From Eubacteriales bacterium (GTDB taxonomy: Bacteria > Bacillota > Clostridia > Peptostreptococcales > Anaerovoracaceae), in NCBI GenBank assembly GCA_030525365.1, contig JAUNEW010000001.1:7260-70209 (forward strand): DNA of 62,950 bases, written 5' to 3'. Of the stretch, positions 28,685 through 37,494 are shown one piece after another. The notes beneath the pieces were generated by a model, which was not told where the DNA came from, made no database searches, and was given only the letters and a program-made list of their open reading frames with translations. The position numbers were made by a program, and so were the translations under genes. Position 1 is the first letter of the stretch. Each line of letters begins with the position of its first letter.

Positions 28685-30420
28685 GCGTACACAATCTTCA
28701 TCCCGGCCTGATTATGATGGCCTTCGGATTTGTGATTCTGGCCCTTCCGGAGAAATTCCGGAAAGGACTGATGATTACCGCATCCGTCTGCTCGGCGGCG
28801 GCATTCTGGATGATGGACAACAGCAGTGTTCTGCTGTATCACCTGACAGATAACATTACGTTGAAACTCATCGATCCAGATGGCGTGTCCATGGTATTTC
28901 TGATGGTGTTCACCACCATTGCGGTAATCAACTCCATCTATTCCATAGATCTCCACAACAAATGGGAGGCAGGAGTCACCTGTCTCTACGTAGGAAGCAA
29001 CATGGGCATCGTGTTGGCAGGGGACTTGATCAGCTTTATCGTGTTCTGGGAAATCTCTGCCTTTGCATCCACCTATATTATCTACGCACGGCACTGCCGG
29101 AAATCTTCTCGGGCGGCCTTTCGGTATATTATGGTGCACGCATTCGGCGGCAATATGCTTCTGGCGGGTATCATACTTCAGATATTCCACAGCGGAATCG
29201 ATCTGGACAAGTTGGTGCTGAACATGAATAGCCCGGAGTTCTGGCTGATTCTCATTGGTGTGGGGGTCAATGCGGCCATTCCACCTTTCACCGGTTGGAT
29301 TGCGGATGCGTATCCGGAAGCCACTACCGCAGGGACCGTATATCTGGGCTCCTATACTACGAAAGCTGCTATCTACGCACTGATTACCTTCTTCGCAGGA
29401 ACGCATATGCTGATTTACGTGGGGGCTTTCATGGCGATTTTCGCCGCCTGCATGGCACTTCTGGAGAACGACATCCGTCGCCTTCTCTCGTATCACATTG
29501 TCAGTCAGCTTGGAATGATGGTGGCCTCCCTAGGGGTGGGAAGTGAAATCGGAATTGACGGTGCCTCGGCCCACGCGGTAACGAATATTTTCTTCAAAGG
29601 CGTGCTTCTTATGTGTGCCGGTTCCATCCTGAGGGCTACCGGAACTTGCAAAATTACGGAGCTGGGAGGCCTTGGAAAGAAAATGCCGATTACGGCCATC
29701 TGCTTCCTGGTGTCTTCCATGGCCATTGCGGGGTTCCCGTTCCTAAGCGGATTCGCCAGCAAGGCGCTGATTATGGAAAGCTTGCATGAGTATGGTGAGG
29801 GACTCCCGGCCATCATGATTACCGTTGCCGGCGTGGGAACACTGCTTTCCATTACACTGAAGATCAACTACTTCGTGTTCTTCGGAAAGTGTAGCCGAGA
29901 CGTGAAAGTACAGAATGCTACCAATTCAATGACCCTCGCCGTAGTGCTGGGGACTATCGTGTCCATCATTATCGGATTCAAACCGGAACTGTTGTACGAA
30001 CAGCTGACCTTCCGGACCATGGTGGATCCGTTCACTCTTCCACATATTATGGAATACGTGGCGATCATTATCGGCGGTGCAATTCCATTCTTTATCACCC
30101 TTCGAATCATGAAGCCCCACGACGAAATCAGCGTGGATTTCGATTGGTTCTACCGCCGCCCATTGGTCAAGCTCGTCCATGGAATTTCGGTGGCATTATA
30201 TCGGGTATTCGACTGGTTTGATCGGAACGTGCTCTTTGGCGTGCGGCACGTGGGAACTAGACTTGGAAATCCATATCTCTGGACAAAGAATTCCGGAAGT
30301 CTTCGAATTCGATCCATGTCTTTGGAGAATGAGGATCACCTGATTGGCGATGTGATTCAGGCCATCGTGGCGGTCTTCGCCATCATGCTGATTGCGGCAG
30401 TATGGGTCATGCATGGATAG
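28681..30420 (+). CDS. MrpD-like proton-translocating subunit 3
   Basis: FWEIS, WIADAYPEA, LLSYHIVSQLG, GFASK, DFDWFYR. Confidence 0.88.
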   Translation: MSVHNLHPGLIMMAFGFVILALPEKFRKGLMITASVCSAAAFWMMDNSSVLLYHLTDNITLKLIDPDGVSMVFLMVFTTIAVINSIYSIDLHNKWEAGVTCLYVGSNMGIVLAGDLISFIVFWEISAFASTYIIYARHCRKSSRAAFRYIMVHAFGGNMLLAGIILQIFHSGIDLDKLVLNMNSPEFWLILIGVGVNAAIPPFTGWIADAYPEATTAGTVYLGSYTTKAAIYALITFFAGTHMLIYVGAFMAIFAACMALLENDIRRLLSYHIVSQLGMMVASLGVGSEIGIDGASAHAVTNIFFKGVLLMCAGSILRATGTCKITELGGLGKKMPITAICFLVSSMAIAGFPFLSGFASKALIMESLHEYGEGLPAIMITVAGVGTLLSITLKINYFVFFGKCSRDVKVQNATNSMTLAVVLGTIVSIIIGFKPELLYEQLTFRTMVDPFTLPHIMEYVAIIIGGAIPFFITLRIMKPHDEISVDFDWFYRRPLVKLVHGISVALYRVFDWFDRNVLFGVRHVGTRLGNPYLWTKNSGSLRIRSMSLENEDHLIGDVIQAIVAVFAIMLIAAVWVMHG

Positions 30421-30464
30421 AAAAATTTGCTTTTAGAAAAGAATAAGTTAAGATGGTAAAAGCA

Positions 30465-30493
30465 AAGAGAGTCTGGCCTTAGGCCAGACTCTC
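30465..30493 (+). terminator. Hairpin between the Mrp operon and the maf 3' end
   Basis: GAGAGTCTGGCCT-T-AGGCCAGACTCTC perfect inverted repeat overlapping the maf stop. Confidence 0.6.
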
Positions 30494-31087
30494 ATGTTCG
30501 GTGAAAATCTCCGTTTCCCGGGCAAGTCTTTCGTAGGGAAGGCCCACCACATTCTCGTAATCCCCGTCGTAGTGGTCGATATAACGGGAGAAATCCTCCT
30601 GGATTCCATAGGCACCGGCCTTGTCATAAGGCTTACAGGTGCGGATATAATCCAAAATATCTTGATTGGTATAGTCTTTACACCAGATAGACGTGGTTTC
30701 GGCAAAGGTGTGGGTGTGACCGGTGGCGACATTCAGCAGGGTGACACCGGTGAGTACCTGATGACTGGTTCCTCGGTATAGGGAGAGCATTCGAAAGGCG
30801 TCTTTTTCGTCCTTGGGTTTTCCCAGTATCTCATCCTTGTAGACAATGGTGTCAGCGGCGATAATAAGACCTTTCTGGAACTCAGCAGGACAAACACTGT
30901 GATAGCATGCTAGGGCCTTCTTATTGGAAAGAAGAGATACAGCTTCCTCTGGGCCGATTCCTTCTGGGAGGGTTTCGTCTGCGTTTGCGGGACGAAGAAC
31001 AATGGAAACATGATGCTTTTCCAGGATATCTTTCCGACGAGGGGACTTGGATGCCAGTATTACAGGGTTGATTTCTTGAATTTTCAT
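30479..31087 (-). CDS. maf: Maf nucleoside-triphosphate pyrophosphatase
   Basis: ILASKSPRR, IAADTIV, ILGKP, DKAGAYGIQ, NVVGLP. Confidence 0.93.
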   Translation of the reverse strand: MKIQEINPVILASKSPRRKDILEKHHVSIVLRPANADETLPEGIGPEEAVSLLSNKKALACYHSVCPAEFQKGLIIAADTIVYKDEILGKPKDEKDAFRMLSLYRGTSHQVLTGVTLLNVATGHTHTFAETTSIWCKDYTNQDILDYIRTCKPYDKAGAYGIQEDFSRYIDHYDGDYENVVGLPYERLARETEIFTEHESLA

Positions 31088-31156
31088 ATTATAATAATAA
31101 CGGTCCTTTCTTACGTGATAACTCATTCTATCACACAAGAAAGTTCATAAAAGTAC

Positions 31157-31185
31157 TTGACATGGATCCCCATGTAGAGTATTAT
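31157..31185 (+). promoter_or_regulatory. Sigma-A promoter of the infC operon
   Basis: TTGACA-17 bp-TATTAT. Confidence 0.7.
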
Positions 31186-31194
31186 ATTACAGTC

Positions 31195-31301
31195 AAAGAA
31201 GAAGTTATCCGCTTCTCACCTTATCACAAGGGTGCATAAGGTAACCATAATTCAAGCTTTTATCTTGATTTTGTTGCGGATACTTCTGTATCCGCTTTTT
31301 T
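31195..31301 (+). ncRNA. Ribosomal protein L20 leader (attenuator)
   Basis: AGAAG...CCGCTTCTCACC core upstream of infC, ending in terminator GCGGATAC-ttct-GTATCCGC-TTTTTT. Confidence 0.8.
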
Positions 31302-31321
31302 AATGTATGGAGGTAAGAGCG

Positions 31322-31855
31322 ATTAGTAGAGATCACAGAGACAAAGACAGCAGGCAGATCAACGAAGAGATCCGCGCTAAAGAAGTTCGCGTTATTGATG
31401 CGGAAGGTGAGATGAGAGGCATCATGGCAATCCGGGATGCACTGGCATTAGCCGAAGAGAGCAATCTGGATTTGGTGAACGTATCACCGAATGCGGAACC
31501 GCCGGTATGTAAGATACTGGATTACGGAAAGTATCGTTATGAACTTCAGAAGAAAGAGAAGCAGTCGAAGAAGAACCAGAAGGTGACTCAGGTCAAGGAG
31601 GTTCGTCTCAGCACTTTCATCGAAGAACATGACATACAGGTCAAAGCGAATACAGCAAAGAAGTTCTTGAAGAACGGGGACAAGCTGAAAGTCAGCCTTC
31701 GTTTCCGCGGAAGAGAGCGGGATTACACAGCGAAGGGTTTCGATGTAATGAACCGCTTTGCGGAGGAAGTTTCGGAGTTCGGAGTTGTTGAAAAGAAGCC
31801 GAAGTTCGAGGGCAGAAGTTTGACAATGTTCCTCGGACCAAAGAGCAACAAATAA
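31322..31855 (+). CDS. infC: Translation initiation factor IF-3 (ATT start)
   Basis: INEEIR..EVRVI, PPVCKILDYGK, LRFRGRE; in-frame ATT 7 nt after GGAGGT. Confidence 0.95.
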   Translation: MSRDHRDKDSRQINEEIRAKEVRVIDAEGEMRGIMAIRDALALAEESNLDLVNVSPNAEPPVCKILDYGKYRYELQKKEKQSKKNQKVTQVKEVRLSTFIEEHDIQVKANTAKKFLKNGDKLKVSLRFRGRERDYTAKGFDVMNRFAEEVSEFGVVEKKPKFEGRSLTMFLGPKSNK

Positions 31856-31880
31856 GTGATTTTTTTAGGAGGAAAGCGTA

Positions 31881-32081
31881 ATGGCAAAGAACAAGATGAA
31901 GTCTCACAGAGGCGCTAGCAAGAGAATGAAGCTCACCGGATCTGGAAAGATCAAGAGAAACAAGGCATACAAGAGCCACATCCTGACGAAGAAGACGGCT
32001 AAGAGAAAGAGAGGACTGAGAAAGTCTTCCGTTCTGACAAGTGCAGATACAAAGCGTATGCTGAGATCGTTGGCGAAGTAA
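31881..32081 (+). CDS. rpmI: 50S ribosomal protein L35
   Basis: [22 protein letters not shown]. Confidence 0.96.
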   Translation: MAKNKMKSHRGASKRMKLTGSGKIKRNKAYKSHILTKKTAKRKRGLRKSSVLTSADTKRMLRSLAK

Positions 32082-32099
32082 TCAGGGAGGTAGAATAAC

Positions 32100-32453
32100 A
32101 TGGCAAGAGTTAAAAAAGGTGTAACAGCACGCAAGAGACATAAGAAAGTTATTAAGCAGGCAAAGGGCTTCTATGGCCAGAAGAGCAGAAACTTCAAGGC
32201 AGCAAATCCAGCTGTAATGAGAGCTCTCCGTTCTGCTTACGTTGGTAGAAAGAACAAGAAGAGAGAATACAGAAGACTGTGGATTGCAAGAATCAATGCA
32301 GCTGCAAGAGCAAACGGCATCAGCTACAGCAAGTTCATGAACGGTCTGAAGAAGTCTGGTATCGAAATGAACAGAAAGATGCTGTCCGAGATGGCAATCT
32401 ATGATCCAGCTGGTTTCGCAGCACTGTGCGAGACTGCAAAGAAAGCTAACTAA
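32100..32453 (+). CDS. rplT: 50S ribosomal protein L20
   Basis: [27 protein letters not shown]. Confidence 0.97.
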   Translation: MARVKKGVTARKRHKKVIKQAKGFYGQKSRNFKAANPAVMRALRSAYVGRKNKKREYRRLWIARINAAARANGISYSKFMNGLKKSGIEMNRKMLSEMAIYDPAGFAALCETAKKAN

Positions 32454-32455
32454 TC

Positions 32456-32650
32456 ATGGACTACTTTGTCAGCCATTTTGGAATTCTGATTGGCGCATCA
32501 CTGTTCGTAGCATTCTGCGCATTTCTCTGGTGGTTCCTGATGGACACCAACGCTAGATTGAAGCGGGAGCGAGCGCAGGCACGAATGGAAGAAGCAAAGA
32601 AGCGCAAGGAAGCCGAGATGAACCAGAAGGTGGATAATCCGACGGAATAG
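32456..32650 (+). CDS. Small single-TM hypothetical protein
   Basis: Starts 2 nt after the rplT stop; N-terminal TM and charged helical tail; lies before the operon terminator. Confidence 0.6.
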   Translation: MDYFVSHFGILIGASLFVAFCAFLWWFLMDTNARLKRERAQARMEEAKKRKEAEMNQKVDNPTE

Positions 32651-32663
32651 CTTTGAATTTACG

Positions 32664-32697
32664 AAAGACTATCGCAATTTCGCGATAGTCTTTTTTT
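32664..32697 (+). terminator. Intrinsic terminator of the infC operon
   Basis: AAAGACTATCGC-aatttc-GCGATAGTCTTT plus T-run. Confidence 0.8.
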
Positions 32698-32803
32698 ATC
32701 CATAAATTCAATTCCGCAGCAGTTAATTTTGAGAACTGTCTTGACACATGACAATTTGAATGTTAACTTTAGAGAAACCTGTGTAAAGAAAATGGAGGAT
32801 GGA

Positions 32804-33856
32804 ATGGATAGAATCAAAGCTTTTCTGAAGCGAAAGGATATTGAGTTCAGTGTAAAAAGATATTTACAGGATGCGTTGTCCGCTATGGCATTAGGGCTGT
32901 TCGGTACGCTACTGATTGGAACGATTCTGAAGACCCTGGGGGAACAGGTTCTGCTTCATGTAATATCAGATGGAACCGCCGGACAAATTGCCGCATTTCT
33001 GGTGAAGACCGGAGGCGATGCGATGCAGATGATGGGAGCTGCCATCGGTGTGGCGGTAGCTTGGAGCCTTAGGGCGCCGAATCTGGTGGTGTTCTGCAGC
33101 GTTGTGACGGGAACTGCAGGAGCTGCCCTAGGGGGCCCAGCAGGGGCATTTATCAGTGCAGCCATTGGCGCAGAACTTGGAAAGGCAGTTTCAAAAGAGA
33201 CGAAAATCGACATTATTGTAACTCCGGCGGTTGTGGTGATTGCCGGCGCCTTGGCGGCGAAGCTAATCGGTCCGGGAGTGGCAGCTCTGATGAAAGGACT
33301 GGGAGCAATTATAATGGATGCGACGAAGATGAATCCTTTTACCATGGGAATTATCGTATCCGTTGTAGTGGGATTGGTTCTGACCGCACCGATTTCCAGT
33401 GCAGCCCTATGCATCATGCTGAAACTTTCTGGCCTGGCAGGAGGTGCAGCGGTGGCAGGCTGCTGCGCACAGATGGTGGGATTTGCCGTAGCCAGCTTTC
33501 GCGAGAATGGAGTGGGTGGACTGGCCGCCCAAGGAATCGGCACGTCTATGCTCCAGGTATCGAATATCATCAAGCATCCGCTGATTCTCGTTCCACCTAC
33601 GCTGGCGGCAGCAGTAGTGGGTCCGGTATCAACCTTGGTATTTCACATGGAATGCACCGATGTGGGGGCGGGTATGGGCACCTGCGGTCTGGTGGGACAG
33701 ATTGGAACGTTCACCGCTATGGGATTTTCGGGAACGGTATTAGTACAGATTCTGATCGTTCACATTTTGCTTCCGGCTTTGATTGCCTTTCTGACGGATC
33801 GGTTCATGCGAAAGATGAGTTGGATTCACGATGGCGATTACGCTCTGGACTTATAA
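32804..33856 (+). CDS. PTS EIIC_2 / PfoR-like membrane protein
   Basis: MALGLFGTLLIG, SKETKIDIIVTP, LTAPISSAA, GTSMLQ, GMGTCGLVG; ATG 32804 behind GGAGG. Confidence 0.82.
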   Translation: MDRIKAFLKRKDIEFSVKRYLQDALSAMALGLFGTLLIGTILKTLGEQVLLHVISDGTAGQIAAFLVKTGGDAMQMMGAAIGVAVAWSLRAPNLVVFCSVVTGTAGAALGGPAGAFISAAIGAELGKAVSKETKIDIIVTPAVVVIAGALAAKLIGPGVAALMKGLGAIIMDATKMNPFTMGIIVSVVVGLVLTAPISSAALCIMLKLSGLAGGAAVAGCCAQMVGFAVASFRENGVGGLAAQGIGTSMLQVSNIIKHPLILVPPTLAAAVVGPVSTLVFHMECTDVGAGMGTCGLVGQIGTFTAMGFSGTVLVQILIVHILLPALIAFLTDRFMRKMSWIHDGDYALDL

Positions 33857-33869
33857 CAAGGGTAATAAG

Positions 33870-33939
33870 TTGAAAACAGCACCTCATTATGTTAAGATTC
33901 ATATGTATGTCAAATACAACAATCTAACAATGAGGTGCT
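33870..33939 (+). promoter_or_regulatory. Promoter embedded in an RBS-occluding inverted repeat
   Basis: TTGAAA (33870-75)-17 bp-TAAGAT (33893-98, TG-extended); AGCACCTCATT (33878-88) pairs with AATGAGGTGCT (33929-39). Confidence 0.6.
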
Positions 33940-33942
33940 TTT

Positions 33943-35043
33943 ATGCTCAAGAAAAATAAAAAAATTATTACTGTAATTGCTGTTATAGTTGCCGCGATTC
34001 TCATCGGTTTCGGATGGCACTATCAAAAGACCCGAATTACCGTGCCAAGCTCCTATGATTACGACGATTTGACGGAGTACATCCAGCTGGGAAACTACAA
34101 GGGCATCCAATACACCAAGAAAGTGAAGAAGGTCACCGACAAAGCGGTGCAGGAAGAGGTGCAGAAGGCTATTTCCAAGGCCAGCACCACGAAGGATATC
34201 AAGAAGGGCACAGTCGGTAAAAAGAGCAAGGTGAAAATTGATTTTACCGGAAAAATCAATGGAAAGACCTTCGATGGCGGTTCTGCAGAGGACTACACCT
34301 TGGATATCGCCAATGACAGCATGATTGACGGGTTCAGCGAAGGAATCGTCGGACACAAGGTTGGTGACAAGTTCGATTTGAACCTGAAATTCCCGAAGAA
34401 CTATTCCAACAGCGATGTGGCTGGAAAGAAAGTGGTATTCACCATTAAGGTAAAGGCGATTGAGAAGACCACCACACCGGAGTACAACGATGCTTTTGTG
34501 AAGAAGAATACGAAGTACAAGACCGTCGAAGAATACGAGAAAGCGCTGCGGGTGAAACTCCAGAAGGAGAACGAAGCCTCGGCCGAGAAGGAGGCATATT
34601 CCGACATCTTCACGAAGATTCTGAAGGACAGTACGGTGAAGAAATATCCGGAGAAGGAACTTTCTGCGGCGAAGGAAACCATGCAGGATACTTACAAGAA
34701 TCTGGCGAAGAAGTATAACATGGAATATGCGGACTTCTTGAAACAGTACATGGGTATGGATGAAGCCACCTTCAAGAAACAGGTGAACGTCTACGCAAAG
34801 AATACGGTAAAACAGCAGTTGGTAATGCGGCAGTTGGCGAAAGAGTTGGATGTGACAATCACAAACGATGAGTACAACGAGTATCTGCAGAATCTCATCA
34901 AAAAGAATGGTATGACTCAGGATTCTTTCGAAGAGCAGACCGGAACCACGCTGAAAGAATATGCGGAACAGAACAATCTGTACGAAGGCGCGCTCTATGA
35001 GAAAGTAATGGAGAAAGTCATTAAGCTCAGCAAAGCAAAATAA
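33943..35043 (+). CDS. Membrane-anchored trigger-factor-like FKBP peptidyl-prolyl isomerase
   Basis: N-terminal basic + hydrophobic anchor, LGNYKGI, FKBP domain (IDFTG...FDGG...MIDGF...FP..Y), helical C domain; no GFRxGxxP. Confidence 0.8.
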   Translation: MLKKNKKIITVIAVIVAAILIGFGWHYQKTRITVPSSYDYDDLTEYIQLGNYKGIQYTKKVKKVTDKAVQEEVQKAISKASTTKDIKKGTVGKKSKVKIDFTGKINGKTFDGGSAEDYTLDIANDSMIDGFSEGIVGHKVGDKFDLNLKFPKNYSNSDVAGKKVVFTIKVKAIEKTTTPEYNDAFVKKNTKYKTVEEYEKALRVKLQKENEASAEKEAYSDIFTKILKDSTVKKYPEKELSAAKETMQDTYKNLAKKYNMEYADFLKQYMGMDEATFKKQVNVYAKNTVKQQLVMRQLAKELDVTITNDEYNEYLQNLIKKNGMTQDSFEEQTGTTLKEYAEQNNLYEGALYEKVMEKVIKLSKAK

Positions 35044-35075
35044 CTTCAGGAACAACTTCGAGTGGAGGTAGAGAG

Positions 35076-35552
35076 ATGAAGTGTCCGTTTTGTAATAACG
35101 GGGACACCCGAGTGGTGGACTCGAGACCGGTGGAGGATGGATTGGCAATCCGCCGCAGAAGAGAGTGTAGCAATTGCCACAGAAGGTTCAATACCTTTGA
35201 GAAAATTGAAGATTCCCTTCTGGTGGTTGTGAAAAACGATGGACGTAGAGAGAGCTTCGACCGGAACAAATTGATTAACGGTTTGCTGAAGGCCTGTGAA
35301 AAGACCAGCATTTCCTATGAAGATGTGGAACACATTGCAGATCGTATTGAACGGGGTCTCAGCAACACCATGCAGAAGGAAATTGAGAGCAAACTGATTG
35401 GTGCACTGATTATGGATGAACTTCGGAATATGGATCAGGTGGCCTATGTTCGTTTTGCGTCGGTTTACCACAAATTCACAGATGTGAACACATTTGTGCA
35501 GGAGGTTAATCACCTGCAGGAGATGGATAATTCCAACAAAGAAGAGAAATAG
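35076..35552 (+). CDS. nrdR: Transcriptional repressor NrdR
   Basis: MKCPFC, VVDSR, IRRRREC..C..RF.TFE, ATP cone, VAYVRFASVY. Confidence 0.96.
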   Translation: MKCPFCNNGDTRVVDSRPVEDGLAIRRRRECSNCHRRFNTFEKIEDSLLVVVKNDGRRESFDRNKLINGLLKACEKTSISYEDVEHIADRIERGLSNTMQKEIESKLIGALIMDELRNMDQVAYVRFASVYHKFTDVNTFVQEVNHLQEMDNSNKEEK

Positions 35553-35564
35553 AAGAGGTAGAAT

Positions 35565-36221
35565 ATGATAAGAATTGCAATTGACGGACCAGGAGGTGCT
35601 GGAAAAAGTACCATCGCCAAGATGGTCGCAGAAAAGATGAACATGGAATACATCGATACCGGTGCGATGTACCGGGCAATTGGCTGGTTGTTCTCAAAGG
35701 AAAGTGTGGACACAGAAAATGAAGAAGCTGTTCGCAAAGTTCTGGATGAGACCACCATGGATTTCGAAGACAATCATGTGATTTTGAACGGACAGGATAT
35801 CAGTGGAGAAATTAGAACTCCGGAAATTTCCAAAGCTGCCTCAATTTGTTCGAAACTTCCGGCAGTTCGCAGCAAGTTAGTGGCACTTCAGCGCGGAATC
35901 GCCGAGGGTAAGAGCGTTGTGATGGATGGAAGAGATATTGGAACCAATGTACTTCCGAATGCGGAGTTGAAGATTTTCTTGACGGCAGACCCGATGGTTC
36001 GGGCGAAAAGACGCTATGATCAGCTTGTAGAAGCGGGCAAAGAGGCGGATCTAGATTCCATCTGCGAAGATATCAAAGAGCGAGATTATCAGGACACCCA
36101 TCGGGAACTGAATCCATTGAAGCAGGCAGAGGATGCAGTTTTGCTAGATACATCCGATATGACAATCGAAGAAGTATTACATCAGATTATGACAATGGCA
36201 GAGGAAAAAGATGAGCAGTAA
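35565..36221 (+). CDS. cmk: Cytidylate kinase
   Basis: IAIDGPGGAGKST, DTGAMYR, VMDGRDIGT. Confidence 0.96.
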   Translation: MIRIAIDGPGGAGKSTIAKMVAEKMNMEYIDTGAMYRAIGWLFSKESVDTENEEAVRKVLDETTMDFEDNHVILNGQDISGEIRTPEISKAASICSKLPAVRSKLVALQRGIAEGKSVVMDGRDIGTNVLPNAELKIFLTADPMVRAKRRYDQLVEAGKEADLDSICEDIKERDYQDTHRELNPLKQAEDAVLLDTSDMTIEEVLHQIMTMAEEKDEQ

Positions 36222-36693
36222 GAAATTTAAGAAAAAAAGAAATACGAACAAAAGAAAAAGCAACCAGCTGAACCGAGAGGGGCTGGGTGCTTTGCAGAAA
36301 AGCCGCTTTTTCATCTACCTGATTTTTGTCTTTGATTTACTGATGATGTTCTATGCACCGATTGCGCATCTATTCGGGGCGAAAGAAACTCAGATTCTCT
36401 ATGCAATTATGTTGATGATTGCGGCTCAGGTCATTGTGGCATCCATGCACATTATGAAATATACCACCACAGTGGAGATATTCCTGGATGGCAAAGAAAA
36501 GGATTATGCCAATATGTATGCAGCTCGAGCACGGTTCTGCACTCTGCTGCAGTTTCTGATGATTGTAGTTGCAGTGATTAACCATGTACAGTATCAGAGC
36601 CAGCTATTCAACACACTCCTGTGTCTTGTCGGTGTAACGTTGGTGGTTCTGACACTGCAAAACATTACGATTCTTCAGAGAAATTACATATAG
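36211..36693 (+). CDS. Hypothetical 4-TM membrane protein
   Basis: Overlaps the cmk end; basic N-terminus and four hydrophobic segments. Confidence 0.65.
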   Translation: MSSKKFKKKRNTNKRKSNQLNREGLGALQKSRFFIYLIFVFDLLMMFYAPIAHLFGAKETQILYAIMLMIAAQVIVASMHIMKYTTTVEIFLDGKEKDYANMYAARARFCTLLQFLMIVVAVINHVQYQSQLFNTLLCLVGVTLVVLTLQNITILQRNYI

Positions 36694-36722
36694 GGGTCTA
36701 GAGTTTACGACAGTGTCATACC

Positions 36723-36758
36723 AGAAGTTCCGGCGTATTGTGGGCCGGGACTTCTTTT
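36723..36758 (+). terminator. Intrinsic terminator
   Basis: AGAAGTTCCGGC...GCCGGGACTTCT then TTT. Confidence 0.65.
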
Positions 36759-36806
36759 GCTATAATTACTGCACTTGTTGTAGAAGTTACATAGCAAAGG
36801 AGGTAT

Positions 36807-37490
36807 ATGGGAATTAAAGATTTACCGGAACGGGAGCGTCCCCAGGAGAAACTGATGTACTCCGGTCCGGAGAGTTTGAGCACGGCAGAGCTTCTGGCGC
36901 TGCTTCTTCGAAATGGTACGGCAAACCGTTCCGCGGTACAACTGGCAGAGGATATCCTGGCGTATGTTGAACGAGAAATTGGAAACATGAGGGATGTAAG
37001 CGTACATGAACTATGTAATCTCGATGGAATCGGCAAGGCGAAAGCCTGTTCCGTGGTGGCCTGCATGGAATTGACAAAGCGATTCCAGAATCGAAGAGAG
37101 GACGTCGTTAAGGATGTATTACGGAACCCTGATTCTGTGGCGAACCTGCTGATGGAAGACATGCGGGGTCTAAAGCAAGAACAGGTGGTAGAGGTTCTGT
37201 TGAATAGCCGATGTGAGGTGCAGTCAAAAATTGTGGTATCTAAGGGAAGTCTGAATGCCGCCCCTATGCAGCCATCGGACGTGCTGCGGGGAGCCATTCG
37301 AAATGGTGCTGCCGGAATTATCCTGGCACATAATCACCCTAGCGGAGATCCCACACCCAGTAAAGAAGACATTCAGATAACTCGCCGAATGCAAGAGGCT
37401 GGAAAGCTGGTTGGGATTCAGATTCTGGACCATCTAATTATTGGAAACGGAAAATACGTAAGTCTTAGAACAGAAGGTTATATGGAGTAA
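36807..37490 (+). CDS. radC: RadC/UPF0758 JAB-domain protein
   Basis: ERPQEKL, LSTAELLA, GIGKAKA, AHNHPSGDPTPS..D, LDHLII. Confidence 0.93.
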   Translation: MGIKDLPERERPQEKLMYSGPESLSTAELLALLLRNGTANRSAVQLAEDILAYVEREIGNMRDVSVHELCNLDGIGKAKACSVVACMELTKRFQNRREDVVKDVLRNPDSVANLLMEDMRGLKQEQVVEVLLNSRCEVQSKIVVSKGSLNAAPMQPSDVLRGAIRNGAAGIILAHNHPSGDPTPSKEDIQITRRMQEAGKLVGIQILDHLIIGNGKYVSLRTEGYME

Positions 37491-37494
37491 AAAA

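Noticed and set aside
22887-30420. Membrane-bound NiFe hydrogenase (Mbh/Ech) or complex I
   Set aside because: No NuoB/C/D/H/I-like or NiFe large-subunit genes in or beside the operon
36807-37490. radC as sign of a mobile element
   Set aside because: Full-length chromosomal form in housekeeping context
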